NCBI RefSeq assembly: GCF_902652985.1
Contig: NC_047017.1
Location: 22,444,001 to 22,508,000 of the forward strand
Source of the DNA: Pecten maximus
Taxonomy: Eukaryota
DNA: 64,000 nt
Reading direction: 5' to 3'
Shown: in pieces, positions 14,451 to 26,270 of the stretch
How the letters are laid out: the number at the start of each line of letters is the position of its first letter
How positions within the stretch are numbered: the first letter of the stretch is position 1
The notes under the pieces: model-generated
The model's database searches: none
Told to the model about the DNA's origin: nothing
What the model saw: only the letters and a program-made list of their open reading frames with translations
Made by a program: the position numbers and the translations under genes

Positions 14451-14819
14451 ACCTTAAATGTACCTTAAGCAGAAAGCCCAAAGATAAATTCTGCTGTAAA
14501 AAAAGTATAGCCGAACAATAAACATGTACATACTCTTGTCCTATCCAAAACTAGAATGTTGTTCATATGTCTGTTGATCAATATGCTACATATGTAAATG
14601 CGAAATGAATACAATTCACTGTCTGAAATTGAAAATTGAAATTAAAATAAGAAACAATGCTTACATGTAGCTTAGTAAATATAAATAACATATAATATAT
14701 ATATAACCGTTGGAATTTGCAGTTTAATTCATATATACTTTTGGCGCAAATCATGTCCATGTGTGCTAATACATTGAAGAGTTTTTATGACCTAACATAA
14801 ACAATAGTATCGGGGATAT

Positions 14820-16800
14820 TCAATGTGGGAATCTTGGCCAGTTTGAACAAGAACACTTGATCAGGACCATATCGTGATAATTCCTAGCAGACTCTAGGTC
14901 TCAACTAAATATGATCAACTGGTGGAACACAATGGATACGTTTTTTAAATGTGATTTTCAAAACGGTGCCTATAGAGGCCATCTTGGATTTCGGAATGCC
15001 CTAAAATAATGTCAACATTTGCACAGGACCATGCGAGGCAGGTTCGAGCTTAATCCCACTTGTGCAACTTGAGAAGAAGAGTTAGAAATGTGTTTTTTTT
15101 TCAAGATTGTGGCACTGTTGGATTTTGGACCGACCCGAAAATAGAGAACACTTGCTCAGGATATCCCGGGGTCGTTTCGGGCAAGTTGAGAAGAAATTCG
15201 AAATGCATTTTTAGCTCGTCTCTTCGAAGAAGAGTGAGAGCTTATGTCGTCACTCCGGCGTCGGTGTCGGCGTCGGCGTTGGTTTTCCAAATGTTAAATT
15301 TTTGGTGCAAGTGTTGAAAGGCATAGTAATTTATGGTAATATGGTCCCTGTGGGGGTCAAACTACCCGCTGCCGGAGTTAAACTAAAAGATTTATTGGAA
15401 AAAAAACAGATTTTTGAAAATTTTTGGACTTAGAAAATTTTTGCGTTAAGTTTTTGGTGCAAGTGTTGAAAGGTATTAATACACCACTTCATAATTGTAC
15501 TAGGGTGCTGATAATTGGCAATAGAGTCCCTCTGGAGTTAGACTATCCCCTGCCAGAGTTAAACTAAAAGATTTTTTTGGGAAAAAAACAGAATTTTCAA
15601 ATTTTTAGACTTAGAATATTTCTGCGTTAAGTTTTTGGTGCAAGTGTTGAAAGGTATTAATACATCACTTTATAATTGTACTAGGGTGCTGATAGTTGGT
15701 AAAAGACTCCCTCTTGGGTTAACCTATCCCCTGCCGGAGTTAAACTAAAAAATGTTTTGGGGAAAAAAACAGAATTTTCAAATTTTTGGACTTAGAATAT
15801 TTCTGCGTTAAGTTTTTGGTGCAAGTGTTAAGAGATTTTAATACATCACTTTATAATTGTACTAGGGTGCTGATATTTGGCAATAGAAGTCCCTATGGAG
15901 TAAGGCAATCCCTTCCTTCAAGAAACTTTAGAAAAAAATTGGATTTTTTCTTTTTAAATCTGTTTTTTTGTTATTGTTTTTAAATCTTTGGACTTTGTGT
16001 TAAGTTTATATTGTGAGTGTTGAAAGGCATAGTAATACATGGTATTAGGTTCCCTAGCTGTGGGGGTTAAACTATCCCTTGCCGGAGTTAAACTGAAATA
16101 TTTTTTGGGGAAAAAACACATTTAAAAAAAAAAAGGTGCAAATGTTGAAAGCTATTTAACACATCACTTTATGATTGTACTAGGGTGCTGATATTTGATA
16201 AAAGAGTCCCTATGGAGTTACACTATCCCTTCTTGGGGTGAAACTGAAAATAAAACAATGTGAAAATGCTCACAATAGACAATTTATACCGATCGACATT
16301 TTTCAAGGGAGACAACTCTCATCAGGATAATATTTTGTCAAAAAATTGAAGAAATATGTCCAAAAGCAATTACATTTGTATTTAATATATTCATTTAATC
16401 TACAACAGCATAGCTTGTCTCCCGAATGTTTGTCAATAAATAATTTATATATATATAAATTCGTATGGTTTTGAAAATTGCATGAATTCACAAAGCATAA
16501 TCTGATCAAGTAAACAATATAAATATTATTATGCAATTTGCGAAACCATTCCAATTAATATATTTTAATTATGTATTGACAAACATTTGCGAGACGAGCT
16601 ATGCTGTTCTCCAACAGCTCTTGTTCAAGATGGTCATGATCATGATGGCCGACGCGGAAAATAACAACACTTGGTCAGGACCATCTCAGGATTATTACAA
16701 GTAAGTTTGAGCAGAATCGCAAAGGTGAAACCTGAGAGAAATGTTGAAATATGAAGGAAATATGGGCGGTGAACAGCACACGTCAACTGGGTCATCACTA
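14820..16800 (+). mobile_element. Old satellite-carrying element (CAAGATGG..GCCATCTTGGATTTCGG..ACACTTGGTCAGGACCAT family) interrupted by a nested HINE
   Basis: Degenerate units at 14820-15207 resume at 16625-16800. The same family recurs at ~32000-32940 and ~43990-44870. Confidence 0.6.
15208..16624 (+). mobile_element. Non-autonomous Helentron/HINE-like element (family B) with ~181-bp internal repeats
   Basis: TTTTTAGCTCGTCTC ... GAGACGAGCT subterminal inverted pair, (CGGCGT)n microsatellite at ~15256-15280, 3' hairpin GCTGTTCTCCAACAGC then TCTTGTT. TTTTTGGTGCAAGTGTT recurs at ~15300, 15451, 15632 and 15813. Inserted in a T run with no target-site duplication. Confidence 0.8.
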
Positions 16801-17239
16801 TATTGCGGATTGAGACCAGAAACGGATACGTAATTATACTATGTAGTAAAAAACGAAATTTAGACATTTTCATAACTCTTTTTTGCTTATCAGTAACACA
16901 ACTTGAGGTTTTGGTACATTTTTATTATTATACCATGCATATGGCGTATGTGTTCCGGAAAAACCTTACCGTTACCGTTCCTGTCCTACTTTTAGAACGG
17001 ACTCGACCTTTGAGAGTTGCGTAATCTCCGTGGTAGACTACGACCCGCGGTGTTGTGATCAGGTCGTAGATGTGATACCGTCAGTAGGTATTTCAGGTGC
17101 ACCAATTGTTTACACCACAATAGAAGTATATACCACGACAGGCAAAGTACCCACTCGTCAAGCGAACTGTCGCTCCCGATATGTAAATAACGATAAGAAA
17201 ATGGGAAGGAAAAATAATAAACCGAACGAACAACAACAC

Positions 17240-17270
17240 TGTCAACTGTCAAAAACTTCCGGAAAACAAC
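17240..17270 (+). promoter_or_regulatory. Putative proximal promoter/5' UTR of gene 2 with ETS-type site
   Basis: ACTTCCGGAAA (ETS core on both strands) at ~17255-17265, just before ATG 17271. A second TTCCGGAA at ~16953. The region is locally CpG-richer. Confidence 0.4.
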
Positions 17271-20200
17271 ATGATTATTTCAGTGTTAAGGAAACCGCTA
17301 TATTTTGTCAGCAAACTACGAACAGTTGGATTTAGGTAAATACTACATATTTTTTGTGCGTGTGGGTGTTCGTATATGTGTGCTAAATTTCCTCAGTGAA
17401 ACTAATAATCAAATGAATATTTTTTTTTTAAATTTGTTTATATACAATGTAAGCTTATCTGAATAAAGTTGGTAAATTTGTAAATAAAATATCATTTCCA
17501 GTCCACAACTAGAGACATGGCAATAAGTTCAGCAGTTATAATAAAATAACTAAATATATTTTTTAAATTTGTTGTATTTTATCATTATAATAGAATAAAT
17601 TATTATGGAATAATTAGCGAGATGGATAAAGAATCACAGTGACCACTAATGCAATAATGCTGTTCATCATACTGTACAATGAATATGTGATTGAGGAATT
17701 GTCATTGATTATGGAAACAATGTTGTATGAGATAATGTGCTACACTAGCCGCTACAATGTAGTATTGACTGTATTGATGAAAACTGATTGATATAGAGAA
17801 TATGCATGGTCAGTGTCTTAAAATATAAGTTGTACATATATTATATTTTGGCTCAGGACAGAAAGACAAAACATGGCTCGCCAAGGCTAACTACTTGTGT
17901 CTTTCTTTACCCTCGCCAAAATACAGCTTATTTTTTAAGACACTGACCATAAATTCTATTTATCCTGCAACAATAAAAAATATATATATACTCATCAAAA
18001 ATAATCATCTGAAGTGAAACGGTGTCAAAAATGACAGAAATATGTTCTCCTTTTAATCGTTGTTTCACTTTGAAGTAGCGCTGGTCAGCTGAATTGATGC
18101 ACATGCTAAGATTTCAAAATACAGCTGTTTTCCGTCACAGTGTCGTATATATACAGCAAAAATATATACAGTGGGTGTATTATTCCGACAATGCTGTGGC
18201 AGTTGCAGGATAAAATGTAATACCATGTCATTTGTCGAAATGCTTAATTGTGGCATATTCAGAAGATTGAAGTTATTTTATGTAAGTTCAAGTATAACAT
18301 AAACACTCCTGTAAGATCCTTTGTGTTATCTTATACTTTGAAATGTACATGTAACAATATACATGTAAACATTACTTCAGTCACACTTTATTAACCTTCT
18401 TGACAACATTGCAAAGGTGATACAGGCCCATGGAGTCTTTTGTTAATCATGCCATCAATCTTATACTGTTTTCATTTTTGATTCCATTTAATTACCACAA
18501 ATATGTTTCAGGACATCCTAATTTCATATTTTTTTTATTAACACCTCAAACTAGATGCATCAACACAAGAGCCATGGACGGTGTGCAGTTGTCCATCCGT
18601 CCAAACGATGTACTGGTGGATGAGAGGGTGTCTGTCCATGTGTCTGGTCTAGCTTCAAACCAAAAAGTGACTATATATTCTACAATCAAGGGTAATAAAG
18701 GAGAGGTTTTTGCCAGCTGTGGGTGTTACAGTTCAGGAAAGGATGGTACAGTGGATCTTGAGAACACACCTGCCGTATCTGGCACATACACAGGTAGGTA
18801 CATTGTATGTTGTAACTATAGGAATGAATCTGTCTCGGGCCGCAATGGCCGAGTGGTTGAAGTGTCCCGACACGTTACCACTAGCCCTTCACCCCTGGGT
18901 TGCGAGTTCGAAACCTACGTGAGGCAGTTGCCAGGTACTGACCGTAGGCCGGTGTGGTTTTTCTCCGGCTTCTCTGGCTTTCGTCCACCTCCAAAACCTG
19001 GCAGGTCCTTAAATTACCCAGGCTGTTAATAGGACGTTTAACAACAACAAAAAAAAAAAAAAAAAAAAAAAAACCAATCTATGGAAAGGACACTTTTCTA
19101 CACATAAATACTAGTTATTTGATGTGTGCATGTGTACATTTACAACATGATTTATCTTTCCTCCATCCTTTCTTTTCTGCATTATACAAACAAAAGGGAG
19201 TCATACAATTCTGCAAAATGTTCTTTAATATGATAGGTTCATGTGTCTTTACAGGTACAGACGGTATGGGGTTTATTTGGAGTATGTGTGCCACTTCAGG
19301 TGAGAAGCTAGGACTAAGACTGCTGCAATCTGATGTCACCAAACCTCAATTAGTGAACATTTCTGTCCACAATGGTCACCTCTCTCTGACGGACTTGTGT
19401 CAAGGTCACTCGAAACCACCAATGGTGTCAGATGTGTTGAGCCGTTGGTACAAATCTCCTGAAGTCAGCAGGATACCGGTGATGTCAGGAAGACTACGGG
19501 GGACTCTGTTTCTATCCAATGGTAAGTAGCTGGCTGTATAGTTCAGTATACAAGAATATTTATGTATGTTTGACAGTATAGTTTAATAAACAATTATATT
19601 TCCTTATGTCTGACCCTACACCACCCGTACAAACATACTTTATTGCCTCCCATTATTGTAAATGTGTAAAGTGTAGCAGGTTTGGTATGAGGGAGGAATG
19701 TCTAAAATAGAAAGCAGTCTCTTGCATGCTAAAGATTTTGTTAATAGGACAATATAGTTTTTGTTGGGTATTTTATAAACAGTGTCTCTTTCAGATATAA
19801 GTTAATATATGGCCCCTCTTGATCTCTACGTATACATGTAGTTTAAAAAGGAAATTCCTGAAAATGAGTTCAGGACATTTTTATTTTTTATCCATCAAAA
19901 GGCTATTTGGAAGACATCAACACTAACTCTGAACACTAACAACGATCATTCATTACATAAAATATTGTGTAGAGTGTTTACTTTTCTGAGACACCTGATT
20001 CCATCACATTATGTTTTGTTGAACTGTCTCCAGGTCCTGGGCCATTTCCTGGTGTGATAGATATGTATGGAGCAGGAGGTGGAGTTATGGAGCACCGGGC
20101 TGCCTTGCTAGCATCACGAGGCTTTGCAGTTTATGCACTGCCATTCTTTGGATATCAAGATCTCCAAAAGAGTTTCAATGACCTTGATCTCAACTACTTT

Positions 20201-23200
20201 AAGGTGAGTGCGGCAGCCACTGTTGATTAACCATTGTTTGATGATGTGTAATAATATTATCAGTTTTCATATTAATAGTACGCAAATGGCATACCTATAG
20301 TAAGTTTTATATATAAAATGCAAATTACATGCACACAACTATAATTAAACATTGTCATAATATGTATAGATCTATGTGATTATTTATCATACAATGTTAA
20401 TAAAATGAAAATCAGATAATTATTCATTTAAAATGTTTACAGCTTAAAAAAGAAATGAGGATGATCAAGGTATATGGGATCTGAGTTGTGCAGTATTAAA
20501 ATAGTGTTAAAATTTGTTGTTGACAAGGTTTACATTTTGTATACATTGACATCAGTGAGTAATGATTGTGTATTTTCAGGAGGCAGTAACGTTCCTGGAC
20601 ACTCACACTCATGTCCAGTCAGATGGCATTGGTATCATAGCGACCTCTAAAGGGGCAGAGCTTGGTCAGTTCCTGGCAATCCACTGTCCTCTGGTAAGTT
20701 AAATTATCCACAGCATGATATGTTCTCTGGTTTGTTTGTTATACCCACCGTCCCTTGGTAAACTTGTTTGATTACCAACAGTCCTCTGGTAAACTTATTA
20801 TTGTAAATTTGGAAATTCATGCAAGGGGGAAATTTACACTTATTATGCATGCAGAGTCCTTTTGACCAGGAAAATTCCACCCAGACGTATTATTTGGATA
20901 TCAATTTGCATAATCTGAACTACAAATGGGTGGATCGATAAAAAAATTACCCCCAAGCATATAGTTAACATATTGAAATTGTGAAATTAACTCCCTGTGA
21001 AAATTACCATGTTTACAGTAATTTAGCCACAGTCCTCTGATAAACTTGTTAATTTACCCACAGTCATCTACAGTCACAATTAAATCAATTTATTGTGATT
21101 TTAAATCAAAGGTTGATCATGAATGACTGTTTTGCTTGTCATGTTTCTACACAACACATGTATCTAACTTAAGTGACAGTAAATATTTACAGGGAGAAAA
21201 TCATTGTTTCTTCTTTTAAAGATATGAAAATAAACATGATATATACAAACTGTATATAATGATGATGGGTTAGAAACCTCTTTCTATTGTTATTGTAGAT
21301 TTTTAAACCAAGAATCAGGGAATGAATCAGTTTGAAATGATCAATTGACTTATTGATATGAAAGTATATGCACAACAATAACACATCTACAACCTGTCTG
21401 CAAAAGCAATCTGATTAAGAAATACAGATCAACAATACACTGTAATGAAGGTCTTCATAACACAATGTATCAATATGTTTTTTAATCAGATTGTCTATAA
21501 AGAACTCCTGTTTCACTTCCTAATATAACAAAATACATTGTAAATGTACAAGTATATGAATCTTTATATAAAGATCACTTGCCACAAATGCCACTGCACT
21601 TCTTGAGTTGCTTATGATAAATACCTAAAATATTTTAACCCTCCCCCGTTAAATGGGAGTATACAGTAATATATTAGCATCTGCCAAACAATAGGATCAT
21701 TGGTCAGATCGAGTTAAATATCAAATATTACACTTGACTACTTTCAAAATAAAAAGCTCATTTACAAGATACCCCTGAGAAATTGATATTTTATTGATGA
21801 GGGGGTGGGGGTATATCTGTTAGCCCCAGGAGGGATTAATTTTATTGATAAGGGGGTGGGGGGTATATCTGTTAGCCCCTGGAGGGATTAATTTTATTGA
21901 TGAGGGGGGTGGGGGTATATCTGGTAGCCCCTGGAGGGATTAATTTTATTGATGAGGGGGTGGGGGTATATCTGTTAGCCCCTGGAGGGATTAATTTTAT
22001 TGATGAGGGGGTGGGGGTATATCTGTTAGCCCCAGGAGGGATTAATTTTATTGATGAGGGGGTGGGGGGTATATCTGTTAGCCCCTGGAGGGATTAATTT
22101 TATTGATGAGGGGGTGGGGGTATATCTGTTAGCCCCTGGAGGGATTAATTTTATTGATGAGGGGTGGGGGTATATCTGTTAGCCCCTGGAGAGATTAATT
22201 TTATTGATGAGGGGGTGGGGGTATATCTGTTAGCCCCTAGAGAGATTAATTTTATTGATGAGGGGGTGGGGGTATATCTGTTAGCCCCTAGAGAGATTAA
22301 TTTTATTGATGAGGGGGTGGGGGTAGTTCTGTTAGCACCTAGAGAGATTAATTTTATTGAAGAGGGATGGGGGTTTGTCTTGTATTTGTAAAGGATTTCA
22401 AACAAAGCAGTATGGATATTCTTAAAACTTTTACTTATGAAGTAATATGTGTTTTTGGTCACAGATAAATGTGTGGAATAATGACATTCAGGTATGATGG
22501 GTTTGCAATAATAATCTTTTGCCATTTAAAGATGCAACACTGGCATTGTGACAGAATTATATATATAAAGTGTATACATATGTATATGGTATGTATGGTC
22601 AATGTCCAGGAGAAACATCAACATGTGATATATAAAATGCCAATATATTTGTTTGTAGGTTAAAGCCATAGTCAGTATTAATGGTATGCCCTACTTATCA
22701 TTCTCTCCAATCCATGATGGATCGACTTCTTATCCAAATGCCATAGAGTAAGTACATGTATATCTAATCGTACAGAGAATGATTGGCTCTTAGTTTAAAT
22801 CTTAAGTATCCAGTGTCTTCATAACCAAATTGAATGATCTTCTATGTACACTAAAACATAAGACAAACAGGCTTGATACCAATTTCTGTTTTTTTCTGAC
22901 ATAGCTAAATTAAAATCTTTAAGTTTGGCTCACTATGTTTTATTTGGAATCCTATAAAAAGTTTCAGATATCAAACTATTACTTTTGGTCCAATATTTGG
23001 AATTCTGTTTTGTGAATGTATGATTTTACTTTATCCTCTGAATTGATGTCAGTTTCACCATGTAATTCCTGCCTATTGACCAATGTGGTATTTTAGGTTA
23101 GATCTTGCTCTATATGAGCTTTCTGAGGAAGGGATCATTGCCAAACCTGGCCACTGTTTCGACACTTCCAAGTTTTTCAAGGTATAGTGCTGTGTGTTTA

Positions 23201-25775
23201 CTGGTGTCTTTCTTATGTAGAATTTTGTTACTTAAAAATGATTGAACAATAGTTGCTTTGATTTATGAATTGTCTGTCCCTTGATCATTGTCTGTCCTAT
23301 GTCCATTGTATGTCCCATGTCCATTGTATGTCCCATATATGTCTCATATCTATTGTCTGTCCCTTGTCAAGTTGTTTGTTTTCCTTTAACAACTTCTCAA
23401 TTGCCAAGAGGCCTTGTTTCATTACATGACCTTAGAATTATGCTAGGATAAAGGACTCTCAATTTATTTAGTCAAAAGAAGAGACATAAATCCATTTTCA
23501 AAATCACAGGTACCAAATGTGTTTTAACATTCTGACCTAATAATAACCTTATAATATCAATTGCCATAGGCTCTGAATTGCTGAATAGAAGACTATTCCT
23601 GTCAATGCACTGCAAACCTCTTCATACTGAAATGAGGATTTTTTTGGTCCATGTATGTTTTTATCTATGTTTGTTTGCGGGTTTATCACCCTGTGAGCAT
23701 CCAGGGCCATTTTGATGTGGGGTCTCTTTGTAGTAGTTGGTGCCTACCACACTAAGGTCATCATCCATATTAGATATGGTAAAATGTCTTGCCTAAGGAT
23801 ACAACCACGACAGCATAGACCAGCCTGTTCCTCATGATCAGCTGCCAGAGAAACTCAATTCAACATAGATAGGGAGGTTCAAACCACACACCACTGATGT
23901 TTCTCCTGAGGTTTAGTGGCTGATATGTTCTAACCGACTAATATATCATCGTCCTCAAAGATTAAAATCTTCCAATAAATTCATAAAGATCCTACGATAA
24001 TGCAGTGCCCAGAAATTTGTAACAGATGAGCATTGCAGGCCCCTTATCCCATTTTGATATTTATCCAAACAATTACTTCAAATTTGTGTGATTCTCAATT
24101 TACAGGTTTGGGAATCTGATGTGAAAATTCTGAATATCTGTGGTGGTGATGATATGAATGTACACCCAGACCTACAGCAGTTACAAGTTAAATGCTTCCC
24201 TGCCCACAAACGAGACAACATAGAGCTGTTGGTATACCAGGGAGCTGGGCACCTAATAGATCCGCCCTTTTCTCCGCATTGTCGAGCCTCATTTAATAAA
24301 TTATTACGTGAGTACTATATATACATGACCATATCTATAAATACTTTTATAAGTCTAGAAGAATGTTGTTCTATACACTATAATCAACAACAGATGAAGT
24401 GTGTGCACACTCAACATATCTATAAAATAACATGTACAGAAACATTAACACAATACCCACAAAGCCCATACTGTTACATGTACCATATAAATGTATACTG
24501 CAGTGTAAAACATACCATATTATTAGCATCATCTGTTATATAGACCATGCCATATCATTAGCATCATCTGTTGTATAGACCACCCCATAACATTGGTACC
24601 ATGTCATATAGACCAGACAGTAACATGAGGACCATTTGTTATATAGACCATGCCTTAACATTAGCATTATCTTCCATATAGACCATGCCATAACATTAGC
24701 ACCATCTGTCATATAGACTATACTGTTACATTAGCACCATTTGTCATATAGACGATGCAGTTACTTTAGCACCATTTGTTATATAGACCAGACAGTAAAT
24801 TAGCACCATCTGTCATATAGACCAGACAGTAAAATTAGCACAGTCTGTCATATAGACCATATTGTAACATTAGTACCATGTCATATAGACCATATTGTAA
24901 CATTAGTACCATGTCATATAGACCATATTGTAACATTAGTACCATGTCATATAGACCATACTGTAACATTAGCACAATTTGTTACATAGACCATGCCATA
25001 ACATTAGCACCATTTGTTATATAGACCAGACAGTAACATTAGTACCATCTGTTATATAGACCAGACAGTCCCATTAGCACCATTTGTTATATAAACCAGA
25101 CAGTAACATTAGCACCGTCTGTCATATAGACCATACAGTAACATTAGCACCATCTGTTATATAGACCAGACAGTAACATTAGCACCATCTGTTATATAGA
25201 CCAGACAGTAACATTAGTACCATCTGTTATATAGACCAGACAGAACATTAGTACCATCTGTCATATAGACCAGACAGAACATTAATACCATCTGTTATAT
25301 AGACCATACTGTAACATTAACACCATTTTTCATATTGTAAAACCATGTTGGCATGCAGCACATTTTAAAACAATGAACTGAATTGTCCACATATATATAG
25401 TAATTCAGTCCCATATTGTTTTTTAATCAAAAGACTAATTGATGTGATAATTGTAAGAATATTAGTGGTACTTTAAAAACAAACATATGTGTTGATTAAA
25501 AGTACTTTCACTTGTTGATATTGTAACACCCTGTTTGTTATATCATTTACAAGTTCTATTACTTGTTTGCATTGAAGTTAGCTGTTCTATCGTTCAGAAA
25601 TTGCATTATCTGTTAAAATTCTGTTGATATTGTAGAGAACTGTTTGGTATGGGGAGGTAATCCTGTAGACCATGCCTACGCACAAGAAGACTCTTGGAGA
25701 CGCATTCTGACTTTCTTTAATAGACATTTACGTGAGGGACATGCCAGCAAAGATAGAATTAAAAGCCTACTGTAG
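17271..25775 (+). CDS. ACOT: Type-I acyl-CoA thioesterase / BAAT-family alpha/beta hydrolase, gene 2 (complete, 456 aa) with predicted mitochondrial leader
   Basis: Exons 17271-17335, 18555-18793, 19255-19521, 20034-20203, 20580-20693, 22659-22747, 23097-23181, 24106-24307 and 25636-25775 total 1371 nt and are open throughout. Motifs: [75 protein letters not shown]. Exon sizes 114/89/85/202 are identical to gene 1. The first exon is less certain than the rest. Confidence 0.92.
17797..17957. mobile_element. Palindromic non-autonomous element (MITE or Crypton-like) in intron 1 of gene 2
   Basis: AGAATATGCATGGTCAGTGTCTTAAAATATAAGTTGTA pairs with TACAGCTTATTTTTTAAGACACTGACCATAAATTCT; the inner arms TTTTGGC..AGAAAGACA / TGTCTTTCT..GCCAAAA also pair. 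Confidence 0.7.
18837..19073 (+). mobile_element. Full-length tRNA-derived SINE in intron 2 of gene 2
   Basis: Pol III A box TGGCCGAGTGG, B box GAGTTCGAAAC, central GGTTTTTCTCCGG..CTGGCTTTC..CCACC domain, and an (AAC)n plus poly(A) tail. Confidence 0.85.
20799..21020. mobile_element. MITE with TA-flanked degenerate terminal inverted repeats
   Basis: TATTGTAAATTTGGAAATT..GCAAGGGGG matches the reverse complement of CTCCCTGTGAAAATTACCATGTTTACAGTA. Confidence 0.6.
21788..22372. repeat. 51-bp G-rich minisatellite, ~11 copies (intron of gene 2)
   Basis: Unit TTTTATTGATGAGGGGGTGGGGGTATATCTGTTAGCCCCTGGAGGGATTAA. Confidence 0.95.
24510..25330. repeat. ~35-bp degenerate minisatellite, ~23 copies (last intron of gene 2)
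   Basis: Unit ACATTAGCACCATCTGTTATATAGACCAGACAGTA. About 5 homologous units also occur at 62547-62730. Confidence 0.9.
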
Positions 25776-26171
25776 CTAAAATAGGAAAGACATATATGCA
25801 TTTTGGAGTAAATCTGTTAATTTTTGTAATCCTGTGTAAGGAGATTTAGAGGAATTTTTCGAGTCAGATGTGTTACAACAGTTCAACAATAATTTTGAGA
25901 TAAACGGGTCCCACAATTATCATAATAGGAGATTGAATATTTGAAATAGTTTGAATTTCTCCGATAGAGAAATCTGATTTATGATTAATGAGAGTGCATG
26001 ATGAGATTGATAAGCATTGATTTTACTTTATTGAAGGTTACAACCGTGCATTCACATGTTCTTATCTGCATTTATTGCTTTTTTATGGATATTGTTGTTT
26101 GTTTTTTAGATATATTGTACTTGATTTGTTGATGTATTTTCTTAATATCATATTTTATTTTTTGAATCTAG

Positions 26172-26177
26172 AATAAA
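26172..26177 (+). terminator. Probable polyadenylation signal of gene 2
   Basis: AATAAA ~400 nt after the stop codon, preceded by U-rich sequence and followed by GU-rich TTTGTTAGTGGTGTTGTT. Confidence 0.55.
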
Positions 26178-26270
26178 TCATAACACCATAACACTCCTCT
26201 TGATTTGTTAGTGGTGTTGTTATGGTAACATCTAGATCGTTTTACAATTATATCACATTTTAGGCCCTAA

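Noticed and set aside
18837-18920. tRNA gene
   Set aside because: A and B boxes are present but there is no convincing cloverleaf, and the sequence continues into a SINE body and A-tail with a second copy in the window.
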